Of a DNA stretch of 55,624 bases, positions 34,801 to 46,800 are shown piece by piece (the first letter of the stretch is position 1; the number at the start of each line of letters is the position of its first letter). A model generated the notes under the pieces. The model saw only the letters and a program-made list of their open reading frames with translations. It did no database searches and was not told the origin of the DNA. Position numbers and translations under genes: made by a program. Origin of the DNA: Rhizaria sp. SCN 62-66 (Eukaryota); NCBI GenBank assembly GCA_001724265.1, contig MEDY01000182.1, positions 1-55,624 on the forward strand, given 5' to 3'.

Positions 34801-37800
34801 GCGCTGGGCGTCAGAGACCCAACACATGTGAGGACGACGAGGAGGATGGTGTTATCCGCACCATCAGCGATTGCGGAAGCACAAACACAAACGCACCCGC
34901 TCAAATTGCGATGACTAAAGCACAATTGCAACAGCGTATGTCTCGATTGCTCAGTGTGGCTGCCACGAGGAGTGCGAACTTGAGTCCGGTTCTGCACGGC
35001 GTTCCAGCAACGGAAACACCAAGCGAAGGATTGGCTAATGTGTGCTTGTGTAAGTGGTACTGCGCTCCCGTCTTTGCCGAGCCAAAGGCTTCGAAAGCCG
35101 TAGCAAATGCAAGCGCGGCCAGCACAACTAGGACGCATATCAACGCCACTGCCTCAGCAGCGGATGTGAGGACCTCTACGGCAGGTGCTGAGGATGAGCA
35201 AGAGGGCCAGGCTAAGGAGTATCATGGCAGCAAGCCTATCAGCAGAAGTCGCTGCGAGTGCACCGACAGTGAGAGCTGGGTTGAAACAGCGGCGCGCACT
35301 CTTGACTTTGCAAACAAGGTCATCAGCACATCAATCCACAATACTCATACTTTTCGTTTCGACAATGCAGTTGCTACCGCGGGCAATTATATAGCGCCAC
35401 CAATGGTCGAACCTTGTGCAAAAAACGCTCCGACCCGCAGCCATAAAAACGTTGCGCCTGACAGCTATTGTAAAACTGTTTGGAAGAGCGTCGAACGCTG
35501 CACGACTAGCGGCGCTAGTGACGACGAGAAAGAGGACGGTCGTGGTGAGAGCAGCATATTCTCAAAGACGACTTTGACACCAGCGGAAAAAGCTGTGCAA
35601 AACAACAACAATGACCACTCTTGCCGCGGCGGGTGGCGCAAGGAAAATAACAATGTGCAGGCTTTAAAGACGACTGAGACTGACGTGCATGCTCAGTCAA
35701 GTCCAAGCACAGATGATGAGGTAGAGACTTTCTCAACTCCAGAGTCAACATCATCTTCACTCACACCCGTTCGTAGCCTAAGTCTACAGTGTGCTGCTCC
35801 TAAGACGAAGTTCAACGTCTCTTACTCGGTCGCAAGACACCCGTCTACGCACCACATCAACGCGACAGGCAATGGTCGGGGTCGTACGAGTAGCCTGAGT
35901 AAGGGATCAGTGGCTGTTGAAACTAAGCATAGCGGTGGTCATGGCGCCGACGCTTGGCGCCACTTTGTTACCCCTCCTTTGCACTCTGTCCCCGCTCCAC
36001 TTTCAACACAAACTGCAAAAAACGGCACCGCTGCAAGCAGTAAAGGTAATATCAATGGCGAGTGCAATGCGGCTAGCGCCAAGCAGGGCAATGCAGATGC
36101 AAATGTGTCGAGCGTAAGCTCTAACACAAAGCCTGTCAACAACAAGACTGCTTCGCCGTCCCAGCTTGACAGGTCTCATACAGACTGGAGGCCTGAGTAC
36201 TTGTTCACACTTCTCAACTCGCAGTGCCCATGCGCAGCTGCGTTTGAGTCACCAATTGGTGCGTTGCTTACAGTTACAAGTACGTGTGCATGTGCACAGA
36301 GGTACTTTGCAACACTTGCGTCTCTCAAACTCACTAACGACGCAGGCACAAGCCCAAGCACTGGCATCCGTAGTTCAGATAACGACAAGATATATAGTAG
36401 CCACACATCATCTCTGATTCGTGCTGAAACGGACAGCTGGCACTGTGACGAGATTGCAACTGTAACAGTGCCGTTGTCTGATGTGAGAGTTACTCTCCAA
36501 GAACTAGGAACGTGGCTTGTTTGGCACCCTCCTGTTCTACCTCTACCAACGGTGACTTTCTCTGGTGACGGATGCGCAGCAGCGAATGCGCACACGAATA
36601 AGAGCGGTACTGATTGCAAGGTAGCAGCTGCGCATAACGGTGACTTTGGCGGTAAGAGAGTCGTCAAGAAGAAGCTGTCAATATGGGGCCACATCAAGGC
36701 AGCCTTTGGTTTTTCCCGCAGTCCGTCCAGCGTTGACAGCAACTCGGGTCAACTCAATAATAGTCGGTTACCTTATAGCGTAAGTTCACAGTTTCATCCT
36801 GTGTCACCGGCCGTTTGCACCAAGACTGCTGTGGGGCAACTGTCTGTGTCATCTACAAAGGGCCCTGGTATAGCCGCTGGTGGTGTCGTCAGCCGGGCCA
36901 AGCCGTTGCCACTGTCTCTCATAACTACGCCTCCTTTGTCGGCATCCGGCGGCTGCACAAGCGCAAAACAAGAGAGCTCGTCGTTAAGTGGGAACATGGA
37001 CTTGCGTACACTCCATTGCAAACCAATAGAGGCGTGCGCAACGCTTGCCCTGACACTGCGGCGGCCCACAACAGCGGTCTGCACAGCAGCACTAGTTAAT
37101 GCCGCAACCGCTTCAGTGATAGAGTCTAACGCGGTCGCGCAAGCACATCAACAGCAACAACAACAGCAGCAAGCGCAGGCTCAATCACAAGCGCAATCGC
37201 TGCGATCAAGACTGTTCTTTTCTAAGCCTGCTGCAGTATCTGCGCCTGTAAGTGCAGCAGCTTTGGGCACATCAATTGCAGGGGTAGCTGGCAATGCCCT
37301 CCCCTTGCACCCGGTTTGGTCTGTGGTTGCAACAGACGCTGTCATCACCGCTGCTCGCAGGCGACTTGACTTGACCAATCGCGTACGGCAGACGGCAGCC
37401 AGTGCCTCGGCGCTGCTGTCGCTAATAATGGCAAAGTCCCGTGCAGCGAGATGCAAGGAGGCGTTTCACGCTCTTAAAGTCACCACTGCAAACAAGGATA
37501 CGAAAGATATTGATGCAGCGGTTTGCGACGCCGCCATTCATGCAGCGGCTGCAGTAGATACTTTCACCACCGCAACATCCGCGTTCTTGCAGTTGCCCGT
37601 AATACCATGCGCACTGGCGTGGGGGCCGGACACGACTGAATCGTCGCTGAGCGTGAGCACGCTGCAGCACTGCAACGAGCCTGTTGGCGCCGGGACAGGT
37701 AAGGTTACCGGCGAAGCGGTAGTTAGTGGCATTGGCTCAACTCAGCAGACTGGGGCAAATGTGACCGCAGTGAGTTGTGGCGCAGCACCTGAGATGACAA

Positions 37801-40508
37801 CGCTTAATGCAGCGAACGTTGTGGTAGTAAGCGGAAGCGAGGCTGATGTCATGACGGCAGCCGCACGCGCACTGCGTCGATACCTCATACGGCAGGCAAA
37901 GCAACAGAACAGCGGTGAGCTCGGTTCCAACGACGATGTCTGCAAGAAAGCTCTGCAGTGCTTGAATGCGCAGATTCCTGCATTTGAGTCTGTCTTTACA
38001 GCCGTCGTGCATCACAACGCAAGCTATAGTGAGAGCACTAACAGCTTTGATGACGATAGAGTTAGCGCTGGTCGTGATTCTGCGACTAAAGTGGCGGTCG
38101 AGTCAATGACCATTGCTGGTCTCAGTCTGCACTGTTTATCTCGCTCTCTGGTTGTTGCACTTGCCCGCTCACTAGCCGCTGACCCTCTCATGCCCGCCGC
38201 GTTTGCATACAACTCGGTGTTTTCCGTGCTTCCACTCTGCCGGGAGGAAGGGCAGCAGGCAAACACGCCCCCAACTGCAACAGCAGGTGGGGCTGGCATT
38301 TGCTGCAACGATTGTCAGCAGGGTTCTAGTGCGTGGTTTGGAGACAGTGACTGTGAGCACGCCCGGGTAACAACAACAGAGTGGCTCCGGTGCGACGGCG
38401 CACTGCTGCGTGCCGCTCTCTTTACAGTCTACTCAGATGTCACAAGTGATAATGTCGGCGCTAGTTTAGGTGTGTGCTATCACAACTTCCACGCAGGCGT
38501 GCACACGCGCGCAAGCACAAGCACGCACGACGGCAACGTGCCCTCAGCCACTGGCGGTACTTCTAGGATTAGCCATGCAGTGCTTGGTGAGCCAACAGAC
38601 CGCATAACCGTTGGCAGCAATGGCATCACCAACTGGCGCGAACGCTGCTACAATGTATCCACCATACGGTGCAGTCGTACTCGCTCAGGCAGATCGAGGT
38701 TACACCGTGTTGCCAAATTTGGTTGTGCAAGGTCAAGTTATGGTGCATCAACAAGATCGTCCTGTGGGGATGATATGAACTGGTGGTACTGCGATTGCGG
38801 CGGCTGCGTGCTACGGCGGTCTGTGGCGACGTTGCCGCTGGAAGAAAGGCTGCCTCCGACTATAGCGCTCTGGTGGCGCGGTGCACGCGCTTGCGCGTCG
38901 AGCATAATTGCGGCAGCAACTTCGACATGCGCTGCACATGGTAGTGTAACGTCTCGTGTAAGCACAGGTGTCACTTCAGACATGTTGACGACGACAGCGT
39001 CAAGTACTGTGGACACTAATCTTGATGTAGGTAGCCGTGTGCAAGAGACGGATGACTGTGAGCACCCCGACTGCGATGATCGTGGTGGGTGCTTGCGCTG
39101 CGCAACACTGTTTGCCCGCGCGTGCAATGAGGCGGAGGCTTGGGGTGGCTTTAAACTGTTACTTTCGCTTGCTGCCATAGACACCAGTGACAACAGTGTG
39201 ACAGCTAATCATAAAAATGATTCATCTAGCAATGACGATGGCTTCAATTGCGATAGTGATGATAGCAGTGGCAGCGATTGTGGTAACCATCGTAGTGACA
39301 CTCAAGACGAGTATACAGACAACGCAGACACAACCACTAACAGCACTGCGAATAATGACAGCTGTGGCAGTGGCGCTGGCCATGAGGAGAATTGTGACAG
39401 TGTTAGCGTCTCTGCAACTCGCAGCAGCACGTCGGCAACAACCACGACTGACACCTGCAGCAGCAGTGACTCTAGCAGTCAAAGCCGTGGCAATAGCAGC
39501 ACTAGCAATGAAGACAACGACGACTACAATGGCAACAACAACAACAACGACAACAACAATCACCACAGCGCGGCTTGCAATGACAACGCAAGCGATCACC
39601 GCAACGCCAATAACAACGAATCTAACGACTATCGCAGCGAAAACCACGATGTTGGTTATGGCGGCATGCACGGTGGCTGCTATTTAGCCAGCCTGAACAG
39701 TGCGTACGCAATGGAGAGTGAGACCCCGAAGCACGCTGAGTCGAAGTGGGAAGAGTGTAAGTGGGACGTATGCACGCCGCCCACCATTGACAGCAACGCA
39801 AAGCAAACCTTTGTGTTTCAACTTCCTCCGCTAAAAACAGCACCAGTGTCTGACAGCACGCGCGCACTGTCACCTCAGACAGGGCCGGTGACAAACACGA
39901 ACAGATGCAGCATTGGCTACCGTTGTCCTGGTGGTGGCGTGACAAGCTCGCGGCCGTCGCCTGAAGACAGTGTTGAAGAGTTTGACTTTGTCAAGCCTCC
40001 TAGTCTTCATTACAAGTCTAACAAGTCACCGATGCTACATAAACGAGCTGCGGCAACGCCGCTTACACCTCGCTATAGACACTTAAATGCGGGGACCGCC
40101 ACAGCAAAGAGTGGCGTGCTAAAGAACATAGCGAACAAGAGCAGCAATCACGGCGGCAGCAGTGGAGATGACGGTCGAAATGCGAATCGCCGCCTAAGCG
40201 CTGTCACCACAGCCACGACGCGCGCACCAGCCCTTGCTGTGAGCACGGTTTCCACGGTTGCTAAACCAAATGTGCCTAGCAATTGTGAGGTAAGCGCAGT
40301 GCCGCAGTTACAGCTGCATCCGTCACAGAAGCAAAAGCAACTGGAGCAATTGCACCGCCAAGAGCAGTTGCAGCGGCAACAGCGGCAGAAGCAGAGACAG
40401 CGGTTCCAGCAACGACGCAACTCATACAGCAACAACGGCAGCAGCGTTGCCGACAGAAGCGCCGAAGGGGGCTGTTGCGAGTGCGCGCCGAGCTGCAACA
40501 TCATGTGA
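31851..40508 (+). CDS. Giant intronless hypothetical protein (about 2885 aa) with three in-frame TAGs (32256, 32304, 33891) and a C-terminal CaaX motif (CNIM)
   Basis: ORFs 31851-32258, 32334-33893 and 33921-40508 are all in one frame, separated only by TAG codons. Ends GGCCECAPSCNIM-TGA. No family recognised. Confidence 0.72.
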
Positions 40509-40844
40509 CTCAGAACTCACGTTAATATCGCAACAGCCACAGCAGAGCAAGAATCTGATCATGTTTACATATTGAGCCATCGCAGATAGAACCATTTATT
40601 TGACGTCATAACTTATTCAGAATACAAATTTGGCTATATGATTTATTGATTCGCGTTACTTGCTAGTGTTATGACAACACGTACGTTGTTTAGTTTGTAC
40701 AATATAGATGAGTGAAAGAATATATAAGAAAGTAGTTGATCAAAAGCTGACCAACAAAGTGATGAAATGACATTGCTCACGTGTAAGTATTGCTTCTTGC
40801 TGCAACACCAAACATCAGCAACGTACTGCTGCAAAAGCTGAGCT

Positions 40845-43800
40845 TTACTTGCGATTACGGTTTTTGTTCTTGCCATTCTTCTTGGCGCTTCCACCGTTGT
40901 TACCGTTACCGTTGTGGCTCCCATTATTGCTCGCCTTAGGATTGGGATTGGCATTGGTGTTCGCAGGTGCAGGCGCAGGCTGCTCAAGCACAGGTGTCGG
41001 CGTGGTCTCCGCAGCCGCCGTCGCGTCATCGGCAGGCGCCGGCGTCGCGTCAGCGGGTGCAGCGGCGTCGGCGTCGGCGTCCCCAGTGGCCGGGACCGGG
41101 GCGGGCGCAGTGCTGGAGACTGTGAGCGCGGGGGGGTCGAGCTTCGGCGCGGCCAGGGCGGCTATGGGGACAGACATTGGTCCGTCGGGTCCACTCACGG
41201 CGGCAGCAGCGGCGGCAGCAGCAGCAACAGCAGCAGCGGCAGCATCGGCAGCAGCAGCGGCATCGCCGTCGCCGGCACTGACAGTCGCGGTGGGGGCGGC
41301 ATTAGCAGCAACGGGGGAAGTGAGGGCCGACTGAGTGGTCTTGCTGGGGTTATTGTTGTTGTTATTGTTGCTGTTGTTGTTAATGTTATCAGCAGGCTTC
41401 GCGGTGTTGCCGTCATCACCACTGTTGCTGCCGAGCAACTTGACATTCGCGGCGCTGGCGTTGTTGCTGGCGCTGGTCGCCGGCGTGGACGCTGTGAACC
41501 GCGGCGAGGGCGAGCCGGAGCCGATGGACGACACGGCCGCAGCGATGGCCTCTAGGCGCGACACGTTCACAGTCACCGACTCGGAGGGCCGCGTCGTGCT
41601 CACGGTCACCGCCTCGGGCGTCGCAGGCGCAGGCTTAGACTTAGCGGTGGCGTTAGCCGGCGACAGCGCGGACTCAGTAGAACCAGCTTCGGCCTCAGCC
41701 TCAGTTGCAGTCGCAGTCTCCGTCGCGGTGGCGGTGGCAGTGGTGACAGCGGTGGCAGGCGCACCGACGGCGGAGACATAGCTGCTCGCAGTCGTCGCAC
41801 TGCCGGCGCTGTTAGCGCTGTTGACACTGGCAGGGCTGTGCATGCTCCCGTGGCCGTGCGCCGCCCCGTGGTGACCGTGGCTGGCGCCAGCAGCAGCGGA
41901 GTGACCGTGCGCAGAGTGACCGTGGGCCTGCGCCCCAGCGATTGCCTCAGCGGGCAGGGCGCCGAACCCCGGGACCGTGCCCGTGAACCCGGGGCCGGTG
42001 CCGGTGCTAGCGAGCGCGTTGGCGACGCCGACGCCGCCGCCGGCCAGCGGCCCCGCGAGCGCGACGGGCACCGACACGGGCGCCGACACGACGGGCATCG
42101 ACGCGGGCGGCAGCGCGGCCATCGCGCTCAGATTCGCGCTCGAGCCGACGATGGGCAGCGATCCCAGCAGCCCCGCCGCGGGCACGGCCACGGGGCGGCC
42201 GCCGGCCGCGGCCGCTGCGGCGGTCAGCTGCGCGGCCGTCATGTCGGCGGCGGCGGAGACTGCGGCCGCGGCAGCGGCGGCGGCGGCGGCGGCGGTGGTG
42301 CTGCTGCTGGCGGCGCCGTAGTAGGGTGCGTTGAAGAAGCCGACGTTGGCGCTGTGGAGCGCCGCGGCCGAGTGGCTGTGGCCGTGGCCATGAATGTGGG
42401 AGACACTGGGAGCGACGAAGGACGGCGACGCCAGCAGCATCCCGGCGTTGCCCCCGCCCGCATTGACGCCGCCGAACCCGGTCTGGCCGGCCACCGCGCC
42501 CCCGGTGTGGTGACCGCCGCCGGTATAGCCGGTATAGCCGGCGCTGAAGCTGGCGTTGTGCGGCATCGCGAGCGGCATGCCCGCGGCGTTGAGCGCCCCG
42601 CCAGCGTTAAGCGCGCCCGCAGCGTTGAGAGCGCCGGTGTTAAGCCCGGCGAGGTTGCTAAGGTCGACGCCGTAGGGCGAGGCGCCCGCGCCCGTGCCCA
42701 GCGCGGCGAGCGCGGCGACAGAGCCGGTGCGGGCCCCGACGCTGAGGCCCGAGAGCCCGCCTGCCGCGGTCACGGCGCTAGGCAGGAACGCAGAGGTGTT
42801 GGAGGCCAGCCCGGCTGCGGTGGCGGCCAGAGTGGGGTCCGCCAGGGGGGTGCTGCCGGCGCTGAGAACGCCGCCGCAATTGCCGCCGTTGCAGCCGCTG
42901 CTGGTGGTGGTGGTGGTGGTGGTAGTGACTGAGCCCGAGACGGAGCCGCCGGGGGTGGGGGCGACAGCCGCGCCCGGCGCAGATGAGGGACCGAAATTAT
43001 TGCCCCCCGCGGCGGCACTTACATTGCTCGGGGTGGAGACTGCGACGGAGCTGTAAGGGCTGATGTAAGTGCCCCCGGGCGTCACAGCGGAGTTGACCGA
43101 GTTGACTGAGGGCGCGCCGCCGGCGGTGTAAGTGCCCGAGCCGCCCATGACGGGATGTAAGGGGGGCAGCGGGGCCATGACCGTGGGCAGGACGTGTCCG
43201 CCCGCGCTCAGAGTGACGCCGCCGCTAGGACTTGCGGCCGCCAGCAACGCCGCCAGGTTGGCGCTGCTGGCGCTGGCGAGGCTCGCGAGGTTCGCACTGC
43301 TCAGGCCGCCGCTGACGCCGCCATTAAGGCCGCCGACGCCGCCGGCCGCGTTGGCGAGGTACGCGGTGTTGATCGCGAGCGCGTTGTTGATCGCGGTGGC
43401 AGAGGGAGCGAAGCCCGCGGCGGCGTTGGCCGCGGCCGCGGCGGCGAGCGCAGCCTGGAGGTTGGCGGTGCTTGCGACCAGCGGAAGCATGTTGGCCGTG
43501 GAGGGAACCGACCCCAGGCCACCGAGGCCCGCGTTGGCAGCGCCGACGCTGGGGGCGGTGCCAGGCAGCAGCGGCGGCAGCGGGTACTGGGGGAAGAAGA
43601 GGCCGCTCGACACGTGCGGCAAAAGCGGCGGCTGCGGTTGCTGCGGCTGGGGCAGAGCGCCGGGCGCCGCGCCGCCGGCCCGCATCAGGGGCATCGGCAC
43701 GCTGCTGCCTCCAGTGATCTGGGGCGGATTCATGAGGGCCTGGCTCAGGTTCAGACTCGAGCCCGCGCCCGGCAGCATCGCGGAGGTCATGAGACCGCCG

Positions 43801-46800
43801 TTTGCAGCCGCGCCGCTGCCGCTGCCAGCGGCGTTGGTGGCGGCGAGGCTGGCCTCGAGCGTGGGCGTGGCGAAGAGCATCGGCAGCGCCGACAGCATCG
43901 GCCCCGCGCCGACCGGTGCGCCAGGCCCGTCAGCGCCGGGCAGCAGCGTGTTCTGGACGCTCAGGTACCCACCAGGGCCCGCCGTGGCGGCGGCGGCGAC
44001 GGCCGCGGCATTAGCGGCCGAAGCGGCGGCAGCGGCGGCGGCCGCGGCATCCATCTCGTGGCGGATCTGCTGGAGCTCGCGCATAACGCGCCTGAAGTGA
44101 AAATTTAAAAAAAAAATATGATTTTTTTAGATAAAGGTGAGAAATGTTCGAAATAAAACGAGCGTTGTTCAAAGTAAATAATGCAGCAATACCATGACGA
44201 ATATTGTTATAAAAGCGTACTTTTGGTGGACGCGGTCGTGCTTGACGACCCAGGCCTCGAGCGACAGCAGCAGAGCCAGCGCATCCTCCTCGTCGTTCAC
44301 GTAGCAACGCGCCTTGGACGGCTTGAGCCCGACGGTGCAGAGCAGCACCGCGCCGGGCAGCGCCTGCGTGAAGCCACCCGCGGCCGCCGCGGTCGCAGGG
44401 TAGGCGGTCAGCGCGGCCGCGGGGGTCACAGCAGCAGCGGCGGCGGCGGCGGAGACGGAGGCTGAGGCGGCGGGGTCGGTGGCGGAGAGCCCCGAGTTGG
44501 CGTTGCGCCAGGCCGCGGCCGTGCTGTTGGTGGCCGCGGTGTGCGAGGTCGAGCCGCCGTCGTCGGAGCCCGTCACGCTGCCCACGACCGAGACGGACAC
44601 GGGCGGGGGCGCCGTCACAGTGACACTCGCGGAGTTAGCGTTCGAAGTAGCGCTGGCAGGAGCGTTTGTGGTGGAGACGGGGGCCCACGGGGCGCGGCCA
44701 GCCAGCCCGGCGGTAGCGCCACTCGCACTCGCGGTCACGGGTGTCGGTGCCGGAGCCTGACTGGGGCCGCTCGCGCTCGCGTTGAGCGGCGTCGCAACCA
44801 CGCTTCCTGCGCCAGTGCCAGAGGACAGTGCGGGCGAGGCGGCGGCGGCGCGGGCAGCCTTGACGGCCTTGATCTGCGCCTCCAGCTCCTTGCCCTGCGT
44901 CATGATCGAGTGCAGCGTCTGCTGCGACTGCGCGATGAGACGAGACAGCTCCTCGCGCCTGGCCTCCGCGCCGGCTCCACCAGTCGCCGTGCTAGCTCCA
45001 GCGCCAGCACCAGAAGCGCCAGCGCTCGAGCTCGCGCTCGAGCTGGAGCCCGTGGCGGCGGTCGCGCTCGCGGCGTTGGAGTCCGATGCGCGCGCGGCGG
45101 CCGCGGCGGCGACTGCGGCGGCCGCGGCGGCTGCGGTGGCCGGGAACAGCGACTGCAGCGACGTCTGCCCTCCCGCGGCTCCACCGGCCCCGGCACCGGA
45201 GCTGGCGCTGGCACTGACGGCGGCGGCGGAGAGCGGCTGCTGCAGGGTGAGCTGGTTGTGGGTCATCATCAGCTGCTGCTGCCGCTGCTGCTGCTGTTGC
45301 TGTTGCTGCTGCTCTTGCTCACGGTGGCGACGCAGGGCGCTCGCCAAAGCCTCGGCCTGTGACTTGGCCAGGGAGCCGTACGCCGGGTGCACGGTGGCGT
45401 ATGCCGGCTGATGCTTGCCGCCGACGCCGCCCGCGCCAGAGCCGGCGCCAGCACCAGCGCCGAGGCCGGTGGCGTCACGGCGGTGCTTGCCGCTGACGCT
45501 CACGGCGCCCGCGCCGGAGCCGGAGCCGGGGACTGTGAGCAGCGAGTGACCGTGAGCGGCACCGGTTCCGGTGGCACCTGTGGCGGCGTGGCCGTGGGCG
45601 AGCGCGGAGCGGCCGGGCGGCGGGGATAGCGAGCCGTGGCCGCGAAGGAGCCCGCTGCGGCCGCTGAGCTTGGCTCCAGCCGCGGTGGAGCCCTCGAGGG
45701 GTGGCGACTGCGGCGGGGACAGCGCACCCATCGTCATCTGCTGCTGGTTGTGGTGCTGGTTGCCGTGATGCGTGGCGCTAGTGTGGCTGCCTGCGTGACT
45801 GCGCGCGGGGCGGTAGCCGCCCTCGGCCGTCACGCCCACGCTGTGGTGACCGTGGGCCGCGTGGCCGTGAACATGGGCAGCGTGACCGTGACCGTGAGCG
45901 TGGTGGCCGTGGCTGTCGGTCGCGACCAGCGCGCCGTGCTGGTTGTACCGGCCGCCGCCGTTGACCGACACCGCCGTGGCCGCCGCCGCTGCTGCCGCGG
46001 ACGACTCGGTCAGTTGCAGCAGCTTCTCTGGCGTCATGTGCGAGTGCTTCGACAGCGGGTACCGCTCGAGCGCGCCGAAGACGTCCTCGTCGCTGCGGCC
46101 GTCGCCGAGGCAAAAGATGAGCGGGGAGAAGAACGGCCCGAACCGGTGCGACAGCGGGCGCGGGAGCGGCTGTGGCACGCCAGAGGGCGCGTCGGGCGGC
46201 GGCAGCGCGCTGTTGGAGACCGCAGTGCTCAGACTCAGCGCCGTCGCACCCGCAGTCGCCGGCACAGTCCCAATCGCGAGAGCCATGGCTGTGGCACTAG
46301 CGCCGGTGAGCGAGGCGGCGCTGGTGGGCAGCCGGGGCGAGCCGGGCGGCGAGGCGTGGCCGCTGATCGGGTTGACTGAGCGGCCCGCGCGGCCCGCGAG
46401 CAGCGGCGAAGCGCTCGCAGCCACGCTTCCAGCGGCACTCACGTCGCCAGCGCCAGCGGTCGTCGCAGAGTTGAGACTGTTGCTGCTCGTGTGGGCAGCG
46501 TTGCTGCTGCTAAGATTGGCCTCGTTGTCGGGCGCGTCCTTGGACGGCAGCAGCAGCAGCGGAATGCTGGTCGGCGGTGCGGCGCGGGGGAAGCGCCACC
46601 ACGACGACACGGACGCGAGCAGACGCTCGTCCACCGTCACGCTGTCGTCGCCCCCGCCTAGAGCAGCGGTGTCCATGTCGTTGGGGTTGGTGGCGGCCGA
46701 GAGCGCCGGGGAGCCGGAGCCGCGGACGGGCCCGCTCGCGCTGGTCGCGGGCACGGAGGCGGAGACGGGCACAGGCGCGGGGACTGACACAGGCGCCGGG

